Origin: an uncultured Actinomycetes bacterium | GTDB taxonomy: Bacteria > Actinomycetota > Thermoleophilia > Solirubrobacterales > Solirubrobacteraceae | Assembly: GCA_963822725.1 (NCBI GenBank) | Contig: CAWGIR010000004.1 | Location: 35,471 to 99,470 of the forward strand | DNA: 64,000 nucleotides | Reading direction: 5' to 3' | Shown: piece after piece, positions 52,522-63,273 of the stretch | Position numbering within the stretch: the first letter of the stretch is position 1 | Layout of the letters: each line of letters starts with the position of its first letter | Notes under the pieces: generated by a model | Told to the model about the DNA's origin: nothing | What the model saw: the letters and a program-made list of their open reading frames with translations, nothing else | The model's database searches: none | Translations under genes and position numbers: made by a program

Positions 52522-52842
52522 GTGCCCGTCGACCAGCTCAGCGCAACCTTCGCCGCCCTAGCCGACCCCACCCGTCGGGCGATCCTCGCGCGCCTGGTGG
52601 ATGGCGAGGCGACCGTCAACGAGCTGGCGGAGCCATTTCCGATGAGCGCCCAAGCGGTCGGAAAGCATCTGCGCGTGCTGGAGCGGGCCAACCTCATCGA
52701 GCGAGGACGCACTGCGCAGCGGCGACCATCACGGCTGCGGGCGGTGGCGTTGAAGGACGCGGCCGACTGGCTGGACGACTACCGGGAATTCTGGGAGGCT
52801 GGCTTCGATCGCATGGATCAGCGGCTCCGAGACAATGGCTGA
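52522..52842 (+). CDS. ArsR/SmtB family transcriptional regulator
   Basis: FAALADPTRRAILARL..ATVNELA.PF....V.KHL.VLERA. Confidence 0.92.
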   Translation: MPVDQLSATFAALADPTRRAILARLVDGEATVNELAEPFPMSAQAVGKHLRVLERANLIERGRTAQRRPSRLRAVALKDAADWLDDYREFWEAGFDRMDQRLRDNG

Positions 52843-53299
52843 CCCGCCCTTCGGCACCGGCGGCTTCACCACCACCCGCATCTTCGCGGCCTCGCGCGAG
52901 CGCGTGTGGCGCGAGTGGACGGAGCCCGAGGCCTTCGCCGACTGGTTTGGCGGCCTTGAGTGCGAGGTACCGCTCTCCACGGTGGCCATGGACGTTCGCC
53001 CGGGCGGGCCCTGGCGGGCGACGATGATCTGCGGGCCCGAGCGACGCCTGATCCGGTGGACCGGTCGGTACCGCGAGGTGGTCGCGCCCGAGCGGCTCGT
53101 GTTCACGATCTCCGATCAGCGCGATGGTGAGCGATACGAGCTGGTCACCGTCCTGCTCACCGACCTCGGGGACGGTCGCACAGAGATGCACTTCGAGCAA
53201 CGCGGCCACATGCCCCCCGACGAGTACGACCGGGCCAGCAGCGGTTGGGGCACCTTCTGGGCACGGATCGACGAGCGGCTGTCGGGCGCTTCCGCGTAG
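52835..53299 (+). CDS. SRPBCC/AHSA1 domain protein
   Basis: R.F.A.RERVW..WTEPE, DVRPGG.W, PERLVFT, GW. Confidence 0.88.
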   Translation: MADPPFGTGGFTTTRIFAASRERVWREWTEPEAFADWFGGLECEVPLSTVAMDVRPGGPWRATMICGPERRLIRWTGRYREVVAPERLVFTISDQRDGERYELVTVLLTDLGDGRTEMHFEQRGHMPPDEYDRASSGWGTFWARIDERLSGASA

Positions 53300-53391
53300 A
53301 AGGGTGCGGCCGCTGTCGCCCCCGCGGACGCGGTCAGATCCTGACCGCATAGGCGAGGGCCGCGGCTGGCCGTCCCGCTACGCTGGGCTCG

Positions 53392-55416
53392 ATGCCCAAG
53401 TTCGAACTCGATGCCGCGTTCCGCCCGACAGCGGATCAGCCGCAGGCGATCGAATCGCTGGCCCGGGGCGTTGAGGCCGGCGAGCAGTTCGTGAGCCTGC
53501 TCGGCGCCACCGGCACGGGCAAGACGATGACGATGGCCGGTGTGGTCGAGGCCGTGCAGAAGCCGGCGCTCGTGATCGCGCACAACAAGACGCTTGCGGC
53601 GCAGCTGTGCAATGAGTTCCGGACCTACTTCCCCCGCAACGCGGTCGAGTACTTCGTCTCCTACTACGACTATTACCAGCCCGAGGCGTACGTCCCGAGC
53701 AAGGACCTGTACATCGAGAAGGACTCGGCCATCAACCAGGAGATCGACCGCCTCAGGCACTCTGCGACGGCTGCGCTGTTCGCCCGTCGCGACGTGCTGA
53801 TCGTCGCCAGCGTCTCCTGCATCTACGGCCTGGGTTCCCCCGAGGTCTACGACGAGAACCTGCAGACGCTCACAAAGGGCGAGTTTGTGGATCGGGAGCG
53901 GTTGCTGCGAAAGCTGGTCTCGATCCAGTACACGCGCAACGACACCGTGCTGGCGCGGGGCAACTTCCGCGTGCGCGGGGAAACGCTTGAGGTCTTTCCG
54001 GCCTACGCGGAGACCGCATTCAGGGTGATCCTGTTCGGGGACGAGATCGAGCGAATGCAGGAGTTCGACCCGCTCACCGGCGAGCTGCTGAAGGATGACC
54101 TGGAGCACGTGGGCATCTGGCCCGCGACCCATTACAACGTCCGCGAGGGGATGATCGACGACGCGGTGGCCGAGATCGGACGCGAGCTGAACGAGCGCTG
54201 CGCCGAGCTCGAGGCACAGGGGAAGCTGCTCGAATCCCACCGCCTGCGCCAGCGCACGCAGTACGACATGGAGATGCTGCGCGAGCTCGGGTTCTGCTCC
54301 GGGATCGAGAACTATTCGCGGATCCTGGATGGCCGAAAGCCCGGTGAGCGGCCGTACTGCCTGATCGACTACTTCCCGGACGACTTCGTCTGCTTCATCG
54401 ACGAGTCACACCAGACCGTCCCGCAGCTGGGAGGGATGTATGAGGGCGACCGCTCCCGCAAGCAGACGCTGGTCGAGTACGGATTCCGGCTCCCAAGCGC
54501 GCTCGACAACCGTCCGCAGACGTTTCAGGAGTTCCTCTCGATCACGCCGCAGATGGCGTTCGTGTCAGCGACCCCCGGCGAGTACGAGCGGACCCACAGC
54601 GCCCGAATCGTCGAGCAGATCGTCCGTCCGACGGGCGTCGTCGATCCGGCTGTAGAGGTGCGAGAGACACACAACCAGATCGACGATCTGATGAACGAGA
54701 TCCGCGTGCGAGCGGACAGGAACGAGCGCACGCTCGTCACGACGCTGACAAAGAAGATGGCCGAGGACCTGACCGACTACCTGCTCGAGATGGGGTTCAA
54801 GGTGCGATATCTGCACTCCGAGATCGACACGCTCGAGCGGATCCAGATCATCCGCGAGCTGCGGCTCGGGGAGTTCGACGTGTTGGTAGGCGTGAACCTC
54901 CTACGCGAGGGACTCGACCTGCCGGAGGTATCGCTCGTGGGCATCCTGGACGCGGACAAGGAGGGCTTCCTCCGTGGCGAGACCTCGCTGATCCAGACGA
55001 TCGGCCGCGCGGCCCGCAACGTCGCCGGGATGGTGTTGATGTACGCGGACAAGGAAACGGCTGCGATGCGGGCGGCGATCGACGAGACCAACCGCCGGCG
55101 GGCGATTCAGGAGGCGCACAACGAGGAGCATGGGATCACCCCCGAGACGATCGTCAAGGGAATCTCGGATATCGCGGAGTTCCTCCAGGCCGAGTCGAAG
55201 GTGCCGCGTTCGAGGCGCCGGCGCCGGCTGCGTGACTCCGCCCGGGCCATGCCGCCGGCCGAGATCGAGCGGGCAATCGTTGGGCTGGAGGAGGAAATGC
55301 TGGAGGCGGCCGAGGAGCTGCGCTTCGAGTACGCGGCCAAGCTCCGCGACGAGATCCGCGATCTCAAGCGGGAGCTGGACCAGGCAATCGCCGAAGGCCG
55401 GGCCGCCGTCTCCTGA
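53392..55416 (+). CDS. uvrB: Excinuclease ABC subunit B
   Basis: [35 protein letters not shown] domain. Confidence 0.97.
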   Translation: MPKFELDAAFRPTADQPQAIESLARGVEAGEQFVSLLGATGTGKTMTMAGVVEAVQKPALVIAHNKTLAAQLCNEFRTYFPRNAVEYFVSYYDYYQPEAYVPSKDLYIEKDSAINQEIDRLRHSATAALFARRDVLIVASVSCIYGLGSPEVYDENLQTLTKGEFVDRERLLRKLVSIQYTRNDTVLARGNFRVRGETLEVFPAYAETAFRVILFGDEIERMQEFDPLTGELLKDDLEHVGIWPATHYNVREGMIDDAVAEIGRELNERCAELEAQGKLLESHRLRQRTQYDMEMLRELGFCSGIENYSRILDGRKPGERPYCLIDYFPDDFVCFIDESHQTVPQLGGMYEGDRSRKQTLVEYGFRLPSALDNRPQTFQEFLSITPQMAFVSATPGEYERTHSARIVEQIVRPTGVVDPAVEVRETHNQIDDLMNEIRVRADRNERTLVTTLTKKMAEDLTDYLLEMGFKVRYLHSEIDTLERIQIIRELRLGEFDVLVGVNLLREGLDLPEVSLVGILDADKEGFLRGETSLIQTIGRAARNVAGMVLMYADKETAAMRAAIDETNRRRAIQEAHNEEHGITPETIVKGISDIAEFLQAESKVPRSRRRRRLRDSARAMPPAEIERAIVGLEEEMLEAAEELRFEYAAKLRDEIRDLKRELDQAIAEGRAAVS

Positions 55417-55470
55417 CATTTGTCGGCGCCGCGCTGGGTCCGCTAGGCTGCGCCTGCTTCACCCACACCA

Positions 55471-56391
55471 ATGAACGCGGAGGTAACCGGCGTGGCCCTG
55501 GAACGGCAGGACATCGAGAAGAAGGACTTCCCCGTCGGGCGCCGAGGTTATGACCCAACGGCGGTCGACTCTCATTTGAGCGCAATCGCTGACGAGGTCG
55601 AGCAGATCTCCCAGACCGACCGCGAACCCGGCGAGACGCTGGCTCAAGCGGCGAGCGAGCAGGTGCGAGTGATCGTCGAGGCGGCCGAGCGGACCGCCGC
55701 CGAGATCCAGCAGCGAGCCGAAGAGGAGGCGCGCGAGATCCGTGGGGAGGCCACGCGGGCGGCAAAGAACGAGCGCGATGAGGCGAGCCGCGACGCCCAG
55801 CGCGAACGCGAGCAGGCGGCGAGCGCTGCGCAGAACGAGCGCGAGCAGGCGTCGACCCAGGCCCGCGAGTACGTGGGCAAGGTGTCCGAATCCACCTCTC
55901 AGATGCTCACGCGGCTCGAGGCGATGGAATCCGAGCTGGCCGCGCTCGGCGAGTCGCTCCGGACCGGCGCCACGCGGCTGACCGCCGAGCTGGAGCTGCT
56001 CGAGTCGGAGATGAAGGATCTGGGCGGCGCCACGAGCACGGTGCGCGCGTCCTCCGTCCAGGCCGCGGCCGAGCCCGAGCTGGAGGCCGAGGAGCCGGAG
56101 CTCGAAGACGATGGGGCCGAGGAAGAAGCATCCGCCGAGCCGGTCACGTTGGTCGAACCCGAAGCACACGACGAGGAAGAGGAGCCGGCGGCCCATGTAC
56201 CCGAGCCGGAGGAGCCCGAGGGGCACGGAGAAGGCGGCGCGGACGATACCGAGGGCGCTCGCCTGATCGCACTGAACATGGCGCTCAACGGGACCCCCCG
56301 CGAGGAGACGGACCGCTACCTGGCCGAGAACTTCGAGCTGCCCGACCGCAGCCAGCTGCTCGACGAGGTCTACGCCAGCGTCGAGGGCTGA
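55471..56391 (+). CDS. DivIVA domain coiled-coil protein (start 55471 or 55492)
   Basis: [20 protein letters not shown] DivIVA motif; coiled coil; acidic linker. Confidence 0.82.
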   Translation: MNAEVTGVALERQDIEKKDFPVGRRGYDPTAVDSHLSAIADEVEQISQTDREPGETLAQAASEQVRVIVEAAERTAAEIQQRAEEEAREIRGEATRAAKNERDEASRDAQREREQAASAAQNEREQASTQAREYVGKVSESTSQMLTRLEAMESELAALGESLRTGATRLTAELELLESEMKDLGGATSTVRASSVQAAAEPELEAEEPELEDDGAEEEASAEPVTLVEPEAHDEEEEPAAHVPEPEEPEGHGEGGADDTEGARLIALNMALNGTPREETDRYLAENFELPDRSQLLDEVYASVEG

Positions 56392-56423
56392 CGGACCCTG
56401 GCCGCCGCCGGCGTGCCCAAAGG

Positions 56424-56435
56424 GAACGTCTGTTC
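56424..56435. promoter_or_regulatory. LexA/SOS box upstream of uvrA
   Basis: GAAC-GTCT-GTTC, just upstream of the -10 TAGACT at 56443. Confidence 0.82.
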
Positions 56436-56455
56436 GGTCCACTAGACTCGGTCTG

Positions 56456-59305
56456 GTGGAGCAGCTGATCGTCTCGGGCGCCCGAGAGCACAATCTCAAA
56501 GACGTAACCGTGGCGATTCCGCGCGGGTCGCTGACGGTGATCACCGGGCTATCCGGCTCCGGCAAGTCCTCGCTCGCGTTCGACACCATTTATGCGGAAG
56601 GACAGCGGCGCTACGTCGAGTCGCTGTCGGCGTACGCACGCCAGTTCCTGGGACAGATGGACAAGCCCGACGTCGACTCGATCGAGGGCCTGTCGCCGGC
56701 GATCTCGATCGATCAGAAGACGACCTCCCGGAACCCGCGGTCGACGGTCGGGACCGTGACCGAGATCTATGACTATCTCCGGCTGCTCTGGGCGCGGATC
56801 GGCCATCCGCACTGCCACATCTGCGGGCGGCCGATCGCAGGCCAATCCGCCGAGCAGATCATCGATCAGGTGATGGAGCTCGAGGATGGGACGAGGTTCA
56901 TGGTCCTGGCCCCGATCGTCCGCGGCCGCAAGGGCGAGTACGGCAAGCAGCTCACGGAGCTCCGGGACGAGGGCTTCTCACGCGTGAAGGTGGACGGCGA
57001 GCTCCGCCGCCTGGATGAGGAGATCACGCTCGACAAGAAGTTCAAGCACGACATCTCGGTCGTGGTGGACCGGCTGGTTATGAAGCCCGAGCTGCGCAAG
57101 CGGCTCGCGGACTCGATCGAGACCGCCGTGTCGCTCGCCGACGGTCTGGTGGAGATCGAGCTGGTGGACAAGGACGAAATCCAGACGTACTCCGAGAGGT
57201 TCGCGTGCCCCGTTCACGGTCCGTCGCTGATCGAGCTCGAACCGCGCATCTTCTCCTTCAACTCCCCTCACGGCGCCTGTCCGCGCTGCACCGGTCTGGG
57301 GTCGCAGATGGAGATCGACCCGGAGCTGGTGGTCCCAGATCCCACGCTCTCGATCGGCGAGGGAGCGATCGCGCCATGGGCCCAGAGCGCGTCCGATTAC
57401 TACGAGCAGCTCACCCAGGCAATCGCCGAGCGTTACTCGGTTGATCTCGAGACGGCCTGGGAGAAGCTCCCCAAGCAGCAGCGGGAGTTCTTCCTGTTCG
57501 GGACCAACGGGGACCGGGTCCAGGTCTCATACCGCAACCGCTTCGGCCGACGCCGGTCGTACGCGACGCAGTTCGAGGGGATCATTCGGAGTCTCGAGCG
57601 GCGCTATCGCGAGACGGACTCCGAGTACTCACGGGAGAGGATCGAGGAGTACATGACTCTACGGCCGTGCCCTGAATGCAAGGGCGCGAGGCTCAGGCCG
57701 GAGTCCCGGGCAGTTCTGGTGGCCGGAACCGCCATTCACGAGTTCACCGGGCTGTCGGCGCGACGTGCGCTCGAGTGGGTGAGCGGCCTGCAGCTCTCCG
57801 AGCACGATCATCGGATCGCGCGGCTGGTGCTGCGCGAAATAGAAGAGCGGCTTCAGTTCCTCGAGAATGTCGGCATCGGGTACCTGACGCTCGAACGGGC
57901 GGCCTCGACGCTGTCCGGAGGCGAAGCGCAGCGGATCCGCCTCGCGACGCAGGTCGGGTCCTCGCTCGTGGGCGTTCTGTACATCCTCGACGAGCCGTCC
58001 ATCGGTCTGCACCAGCGGGACAACGCCAGGCTGATCGTGACGCTCGAGCGGCTCCGGGACCTCGGCAACACGGTGCTGGTGGTGGAGCATGACGAGGGCA
58101 CGATGCGGGCGGCCGACCACCTGGTGGACATGGGACCGGCTGCCGGCGAGCACGGCGGGCACGTGGTCGCGGAGGGGACGGCCGAGGAGGTCGAGCAGGT
58201 GGAGGAATCGCTCACGGGACAGTTTCTGTCCGGTGCCCGGGTGATCGCCGTCCCGCGCCGCCGTCGGCGGCCCAGTGGCTACGTCCAGATCGAGGGGGCC
58301 GCCCAGCACAACCTCGATGACATCGATGTCAAGGTTCCGCTGGGCGTGTTCTGCTGCGTGACGGGCGTCTCGGGATCCGGCAAGTCGACGCTCGTGAACG
58401 AGGTCCTCTACAAGGCGGTGGCCAATCGGCTTCACCGGACCCGCCAGCGCGCCGGCGCACACCGCAGGATCACCGGGCTGGATCAGCTGGACAAGATCAT
58501 CTACGTCGACCAGTCGCCGATCGGGCGCACGCCGCGGTCCAACCCCGCCACATACATCGGTCTGTTCGACCAGATCCGCGATCTGTTCTCGAAGACCCAG
58601 GAGGCGCGAGCCCGGGGCTACAAGCCGGGACGGTTCTCGTTCAACGTCAAGGGCGGGCGCTGCGAGGTGTGTCGCGGGGACGGCCAGATCAAGATCGAGA
58701 TGCATTTCCTGCCCGACGTGTACGTGCCCTGCGAGCAGTGCCACGGCAAGCGCTACAACCGCGAGACGCTCGAGGTGCGGTTCAAGGGCAAGACAATCGC
58801 CGACGTGCTCGAGATGCCGATCGAGGAGGCGCTCGAGTTCTTCGCCCACATTCCCAAGATCCGGCGCCGGGTGCAGGCGCTGAACGACGTCGGGCTCGGC
58901 TACATGCGACTCGGCCAGCCGGCGACCACGCTCTCGGGGGGTGAGGCCCAGCGGGTCAAGCTCGCAGCGGAGCTGTGCAAGGTCGCGACGGGCAGGACGC
59001 TGTACATCCTGGACGAGCCCACGACCGGCCTTCATTTCGCCGACATCCAGCGGCTGCTCGAGGTGCTCGACCGCCTGGTGGCGGCCGGCAACTCGGTGAT
59101 CGTGATCGAGCACAACCTGGATGTGATCAAGGTGGCCGACCGGATCATCGACCTCGGACCCGAGGGCGGGGAGGAGGGCGGCCGGGTGGTCGCGACGGGC
59201 ACGCCCGAACAGGTGGCCCGCGCCGCGGGCTCGTACACGGGCGCGTTCCTAACCTCGGTGCTTCCGGAAACCGTACGGAAGCGCGCGACCGCCGTCGCGG
59301 CCTAA
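56456..59305 (+). CDS. uvrA: Excinuclease ABC subunit A
   Basis: [17 protein letters not shown], two LSGGEAQR, Zn fingers. Confidence 0.97.
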   Translation: MEQLIVSGAREHNLKDVTVAIPRGSLTVITGLSGSGKSSLAFDTIYAEGQRRYVESLSAYARQFLGQMDKPDVDSIEGLSPAISIDQKTTSRNPRSTVGTVTEIYDYLRLLWARIGHPHCHICGRPIAGQSAEQIIDQVMELEDGTRFMVLAPIVRGRKGEYGKQLTELRDEGFSRVKVDGELRRLDEEITLDKKFKHDISVVVDRLVMKPELRKRLADSIETAVSLADGLVEIELVDKDEIQTYSERFACPVHGPSLIELEPRIFSFNSPHGACPRCTGLGSQMEIDPELVVPDPTLSIGEGAIAPWAQSASDYYEQLTQAIAERYSVDLETAWEKLPKQQREFFLFGTNGDRVQVSYRNRFGRRRSYATQFEGIIRSLERRYRETDSEYSRERIEEYMTLRPCPECKGARLRPESRAVLVAGTAIHEFTGLSARRALEWVSGLQLSEHDHRIARLVLREIEERLQFLENVGIGYLTLERAASTLSGGEAQRIRLATQVGSSLVGVLYILDEPSIGLHQRDNARLIVTLERLRDLGNTVLVVEHDEGTMRAADHLVDMGPAAGEHGGHVVAEGTAEEVEQVEESLTGQFLSGARVIAVPRRRRRPSGYVQIEGAAQHNLDDIDVKVPLGVFCCVTGVSGSGKSTLVNEVLYKAVANRLHRTRQRAGAHRRITGLDQLDKIIYVDQSPIGRTPRSNPATYIGLFDQIRDLFSKTQEARARGYKPGRFSFNVKGGRCEVCRGDGQIKIEMHFLPDVYVPCEQCHGKRYNRETLEVRFKGKTIADVLEMPIEEALEFFAHIPKIRRRVQALNDVGLGYMRLGQPATTLSGGEAQRVKLAAELCKVATGRTLYILDEPTTGLHFADIQRLLEVLDRLVAAGNSVIVIEHNLDVIKVADRIIDLGPEGGEEGGRVVATGTPEQVARAAGSYTGAFLTSVLPETVRKRATAVAA

Positions 59306-59411
59306 CGTCCGCCACGGGGGCATGGACCCCCGCAACCGCGCTCGCTAAGCTCTGGTCGTCGACTGTCTGCGCATCATCGAGTGAGGTGGGACGCTGGCCT
59401 TTCTGGTCATC

Positions 59412-59690
59412 TTGATCGTTGCGACCGCGGTGCTGATCGCTTGGCTGCTGGTCGAGCTTGCGCGGTTCGTGATCGGCGATCAGGGATTCGGAAGGGCGCC
59501 CGAGGGCAGCCTGCAGATGGCAGCGCCCGAGCCTCCCTTGCCCGTAGCACCGGTTCCGCCCGAAGCGGCGGCCCCCCGCGACGTCAATGGTCCTGAGCCC
59601 GTTCGCGAGCGCGTGCTCTACGACGAGGCGGACGTCGAGCAGGCCATACGCGACCGTCTGTACGGTGGCCGCGGGCGCCGTCGCACTTGA
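59412..59690 (+). CDS. Small single-TM hypothetical protein (start uncertain)
   Basis: N-terminal TM, Pro-rich linker and C-terminal IRDRLYG; TTGA overlap with the next gene. Confidence 0.5.
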   Translation: MIVATAVLIAWLLVELARFVIGDQGFGRAPEGSLQMAAPEPPLPVAPVPPEAAAPRDVNGPEPVRERVLYDEADVEQAIRDRLYGGRGRRRT

Positions 59691-60280
59691 GCGAAGCTGA
59701 CACCACGCTCGCGCGGCTGGCCCTCTGGGCGCAGAAGTGGCGCTGGTATCAGCGCAACTCGCTGCCCTGGAATCGCGCGCGGATTCACTACGAGCTGATG
59801 CGGCGAGGGGCGTTCGCGCGCTGGCCGCTTCACGGCAACGTGCTCGAGGCACTGGGCGAGGGACGGCTCGAGGTCGGCGAGGGCGCGCTGTTCGAGCCGC
59901 ACGTATGGCTGACCGCCCCCGACGACGCCCGGATCCGGATCGGCGGCGGCTCGTTTCTCAACATCGGCGTGATGGTCGCCGCTGCTGGGCTGGTCGATAT
60001 CGGCGAGCACTGCATGTTCGCCAACGGCTGCTTCATCACCGATGCCTCGCATCGCTTCGACGACCCCGACAAGCCAGTGCCATGGCAAGGCTTCACCTCC
60101 AAGGGCCCGACCTGCATCGGCGACAACGTCTGGTGCGGCGCCCACGTCGTCGTCACGGGCGGGGTGACCGTGGGTGAGCGCTGCGTGATCGGCGCCAACG
60201 CCGTTGTGACCGAGGACCTCCCCGCGTTCTCGATCGCGGCCGGGGCGCCGGCACGGGTGCTCAGGAAGATCGAGTACTAG
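59687..60280 (+). CDS. Hexapeptide-repeat (LbH) acyltransferase
   Basis: IGDNVWCG, VTVGERCVIGANAVVT.DLP..SIAAGAPA. Confidence 0.9.
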   Translation: MSEADTTLARLALWAQKWRWYQRNSLPWNRARIHYELMRRGAFARWPLHGNVLEALGEGRLEVGEGALFEPHVWLTAPDDARIRIGGGSFLNIGVMVAAAGLVDIGEHCMFANGCFITDASHRFDDPDKPVPWQGFTSKGPTCIGDNVWCGAHVVVTGGVTVGERCVIGANAVVTEDLPAFSIAAGAPARVLRKIEY

Positions 60281-60303
60281 TGCACCGTAGGGCTCAAGGA
60301 GCC

Positions 60304-60930
60304 CTACGAGTTCTTGATGACGATCCCCTCGAGGATGTAAGCCACGTGCTCGGTGGCGTCGATTGCCGACTCCAGCCGTTCGAACAGGTCCTTCCACCTG
60401 ATCACGACCATCGGGTCGATGCCGGTGTCGAACAGAGAGGCCATCGCCTCGCGTGTGATCCGGTCGCCGTCGTTCTCGAGCCGGTTCACCTCGACCGTGT
60501 AGTGCGAGATGTCCTGGAAACCGCGGAGGCGGGGGATGGCGTCGGCGATCTGGTGGGTGGCCCCGCGCAGTACATGCGTGAGCTTGATCGCCTGGTCCAT
60601 CGGCGCCTCGATCTTGTAGAGCCCAAGGAAGTCCGCCACCTCCTCGGTGAAGTCGACGATGTCGTCGAGCGCCGAGGCCAGCGAGAGGATGTCCTCGCGA
60701 TCGATCGGTGTGACGAATGTCTGGTTGAGGCGGTGGATGATGTCATGGGTGATCCGATCGCCTTCGTGCTCGCACTCCGTTATCTGCTGGGCCATTGCCC
60801 TGCTATCGGGGTAGGTCGCCATCATCTCGTCGAGAAGGCTCGCTGCCCGTAGCGCGTTCTGGCCGGCCTCCTCGAACAACTCGAAGTACACCCGGTCGTG
60901 AGGCATCAGGACCTGGCTCAGGCGAGGCAT
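60304..60930 (-). CDS. DUF47 / PhoU-like phosphate transport regulator
   Basis: EHEGDRITH...TF.TPIDREDI..LA..LDD, LENDGD, LE.A.D..E, IVIKNS. Confidence 0.9.
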   Translation of the reverse strand: MPRLSQVLMPHDRVYFELFEEAGQNALRAASLLDEMMATYPDSRAMAQQITECEHEGDRITHDIIHRLNQTFVTPIDREDILSLASALDDIVDFTEEVADFLGLYKIEAPMDQAIKLTHVLRGATHQIADAIPRLRGFQDISHYTVEVNRLENDGDRITREAMASLFDTGIDPMVVIRWKDLFERLESAIDATEHVAYILEGIVIKNS

Positions 60931-61011
60931 GACCTGATGGTATTGGCTTGGGGGGTCGGCGGTTGTGTCGGTCTAGTGGACCGGCGTGCCCGGAGGCAAC
61001 CGACGCTGTGG

Positions 61012-61932
61012 CTAGCGCCCTAGGCGAACCTCCGAGTCGAAACGCTGGTCGAGCGCTGCCCGGAACTGCTCCAGTTCTTCCTCGTCGATCGAGTACGTGT
61101 GCTCCGGAGCCGGGAACTGCCCGCCGCGGACCTCGGCTGCATATTCGGCCACGCCGGCGACCATCTGCGCCTTGACCTCGCCGTAACGCTTCACGAACCG
61201 GGCCACATGTCCGTCGTAGATCCCGAGCAGATCATGGAACACCAGCACCTGGCCGTCGGTGGCAGGCCCGGCGCCGATCCCGATCACCGGGATCTCGAGC
61301 CGGCCGACCACCTCCGCAGCGACCGCGTCGGGCACGGCCTCGAACACGACCGAGAAACAACCGGCATCCTGGAGGGCCAGTGCGTCGCGAGCGACCTCCA
61401 GCGCCCGCTCGGCCGTCCTGCCCTGAGCCTTGTGACCCCCCAGCGCGGTCGCGGTCTGCGGCGTCAACCCGACGTGTCCCATCACCGGGATCCCGGAGTC
61501 GACGATCGCCCGTGCCCGGGCGACACTGGTCCCGCCGCGCTCGAGCTTGACCGCGTCGCAACCTGATTCCTTGACGAAACGCTGAGCCGTCGCGACGGCC
61601 TGCTCATCGGACGCCTCGTAGGAGCCAAATGGCAAGTCGCCCACCAGCAGCGGCGTCGTCAGGCCGCGACGTACGGCGGCGGAGAGCATCAGCATCTCCT
61701 CGGTCGAGACAGGGACCGTGGAGGGGTAGCCGAGCACGGTCATCGCTCCTGAGTCGCCGACCAGGACGACGTCGATGCCGGCCTCCTCGGCGACCTGCGC
61801 TGACGGGAAATCGTAGGCCGTGATCATCACGATCGGTTCCCCGAGCCGTTTCTTCTCCTGGAGCCTGGGAAGCGTCATCGGCAGGGGGCGGCTCAGGTCC
61901 TGCGGCACCGGAGTCTGTGGGATGTGCGACAT
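61012..61932 (-). CDS. panB: 3-methyl-2-oxobutanoate hydroxymethyltransferase
   Basis: MITAYD, LVGDS, DLPFGSY, GHVGLTPQ, IGIGAG..DGQVLV.HD. Confidence 0.96.
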   Translation of the reverse strand: MSHIPQTPVPQDLSRPLPMTLPRLQEKKRLGEPIVMITAYDFPSAQVAEEAGIDVVLVGDSGAMTVLGYPSTVPVSTEEMLMLSAAVRRGLTTPLLVGDLPFGSYEASDEQAVATAQRFVKESGCDAVKLERGGTSVARARAIVDSGIPVMGHVGLTPQTATALGGHKAQGRTAERALEVARDALALQDAGCFSVVFEAVPDAVAAEVVGRLEIPVIGIGAGPATDGQVLVFHDLLGIYDGHVARFVKRYGEVKAQMVAGVAEYAAEVRGGQFPAPEHTYSIDEEELEQFRAALDQRFDSEVRLGR

Positions 61933-61942
61933 CGTTCCTCCT

Positions 61943-62338
61943 TTACGCGACCGCGGGCTCGCCCAGCAGGGCGGAGACGTTCTCGTCGACCGCGAGGATC
62001 TCGTTGTTCGCGCCGACGTGGACGACGCGCGGGTGGTAGTGCTCGAGCTCCTCGGGGTCGTAGCCGCCGTAGGAGATGACGATGATCGTGTCGCCGTGGT
62101 GCACGAGCCGGGCCGCGGCGCCGTTGACCTTCATATCGCCCGAACCGCGCTCCCCGGCGATCGTGTAGGTCTCAAAGCGGGCGCCGTTGTCGACGTCAAC
62201 GACCGCGACCTGCTCGTATTCCCTGATGTCGGCCGCCTCGAGCAGCTCGGGGTCGATCGTGATCGAGCCCACGTAATGCAGGTCGCAGTCGGTCACGCTC
62301 GCGCGGTGGATCTTGGATTTCATCATCGTGCGCTGCAT
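61943..62338 (-). CDS. panD: Aspartate 1-decarboxylase
   Basis: [29 protein letters not shown]. Confidence 0.97.
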   Translation of the reverse strand: MQRTMMKSKIHRASVTDCDLHYVGSITIDPELLEAADIREYEQVAVVDVDNGARFETYTIAGERGSGDMKVNGAAARLVHHGDTIIVISYGGYDPEELEHYHPRVVHVGANNEILAVDENVSALLGEPAVA

Positions 62339-63273
62339 TCCAGGGCCTCCTGGGTGTGGGTGCTCCCCGCCTCGGTTGGGCTGGAGGCCTCGGTGGGTCC
62401 TTCCATCCCCGCCGCGGTCGAGGGCACCTGAATCGGTTGGTTGTCAATTAGTCGAGTCCCGCCCACCCGCGCGGCGACGACGGCGAGCAGGTCGCCGGGT
62501 TCGACGTGCTGGATGGGTACGAATGTGCGCGGGTCGACGAGCTCCAGGTATTCGAGCTCGATCCCACCCGTGGAAGTCAGATCCGCTCGCCCGGCGGCGG
62601 TGACGGCGGCCGGGCTGCGCTCCCCGCGGGCGATTGCCTCGCTCACGGCTCGCAGCGCGCGGTAGAGCGCCGTCGCCCGCCTGCGCTCCACCGGGGAGAG
62701 CCGCACGTTGCGGCTGGAGAGGGCGAGCCCGTCCGACTCGCGCACGGTGGGGCACACCTCGATCCGGATCGCAAAGTCCAGGTCCTGCACAAGACGCTCG
62801 ATCACGGCGGCCTGCTGGCCGTCCTTCTGGCCAAAATAGGCGACGTCGGGTCCGACCATGTTGAACAGCTTCGAGACCACGGTCGTGACGCCGTCGAAAT
62901 GTCCCTTGCCGCGATGAGCGCCCTCGAGCGGCCCTGTCAGGGAGGCCACCGAGACCGTCGTGGCGAAGCCCCGGGGATACACCTCCTCGACGCCGGGAGC
63001 GAACAGGTGGTCGGCGCCGGCCGCTTCGGCGAGCTCGGCGTCCCGTGCCTCGTCGCGGGGGTATGCGTCGAGGTCGGCACCCTCGTTGAACTGGGCGGGG
63101 TTGACGAACAGGGACACGACGACCTCGTCGCACTCCGACCGCGCCCTGCGAATCAGCGAGAGGTGGCCTTCGTGGAGGGCGCCCATCGTGGGCACGAGAC
63201 CGATCGTGCGGCCCGCGCGGCGCGCCGGCGCCAGGGCCTCGCGCAGCTCGGAGACGGTTCGGATCGTCCTCAT
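62323..63273 (-). CDS. panC: Pantoate--beta-alanine ligase
   Basis: [40 protein letters not shown]. Confidence 0.96.
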   Translation of the reverse strand: MRTIRTVSELREALAPARRAGRTIGLVPTMGALHEGHLSLIRRARSECDEVVVSLFVNPAQFNEGADLDAYPRDEARDAELAEAAGADHLFAPGVEEVYPRGFATTVSVASLTGPLEGAHRGKGHFDGVTTVVSKLFNMVGPDVAYFGQKDGQQAAVIERLVQDLDFAIRIEVCPTVRESDGLALSSRNVRLSPVERRRATALYRALRAVSEAIARGERSPAAVTAAGRADLTSTGGIELEYLELVDPRTFVPIQHVEPGDLLAVVAARVGGTRLIDNQPIQVPSTAAGMEGPTEASSPTEAGSTHTQEALECSAR

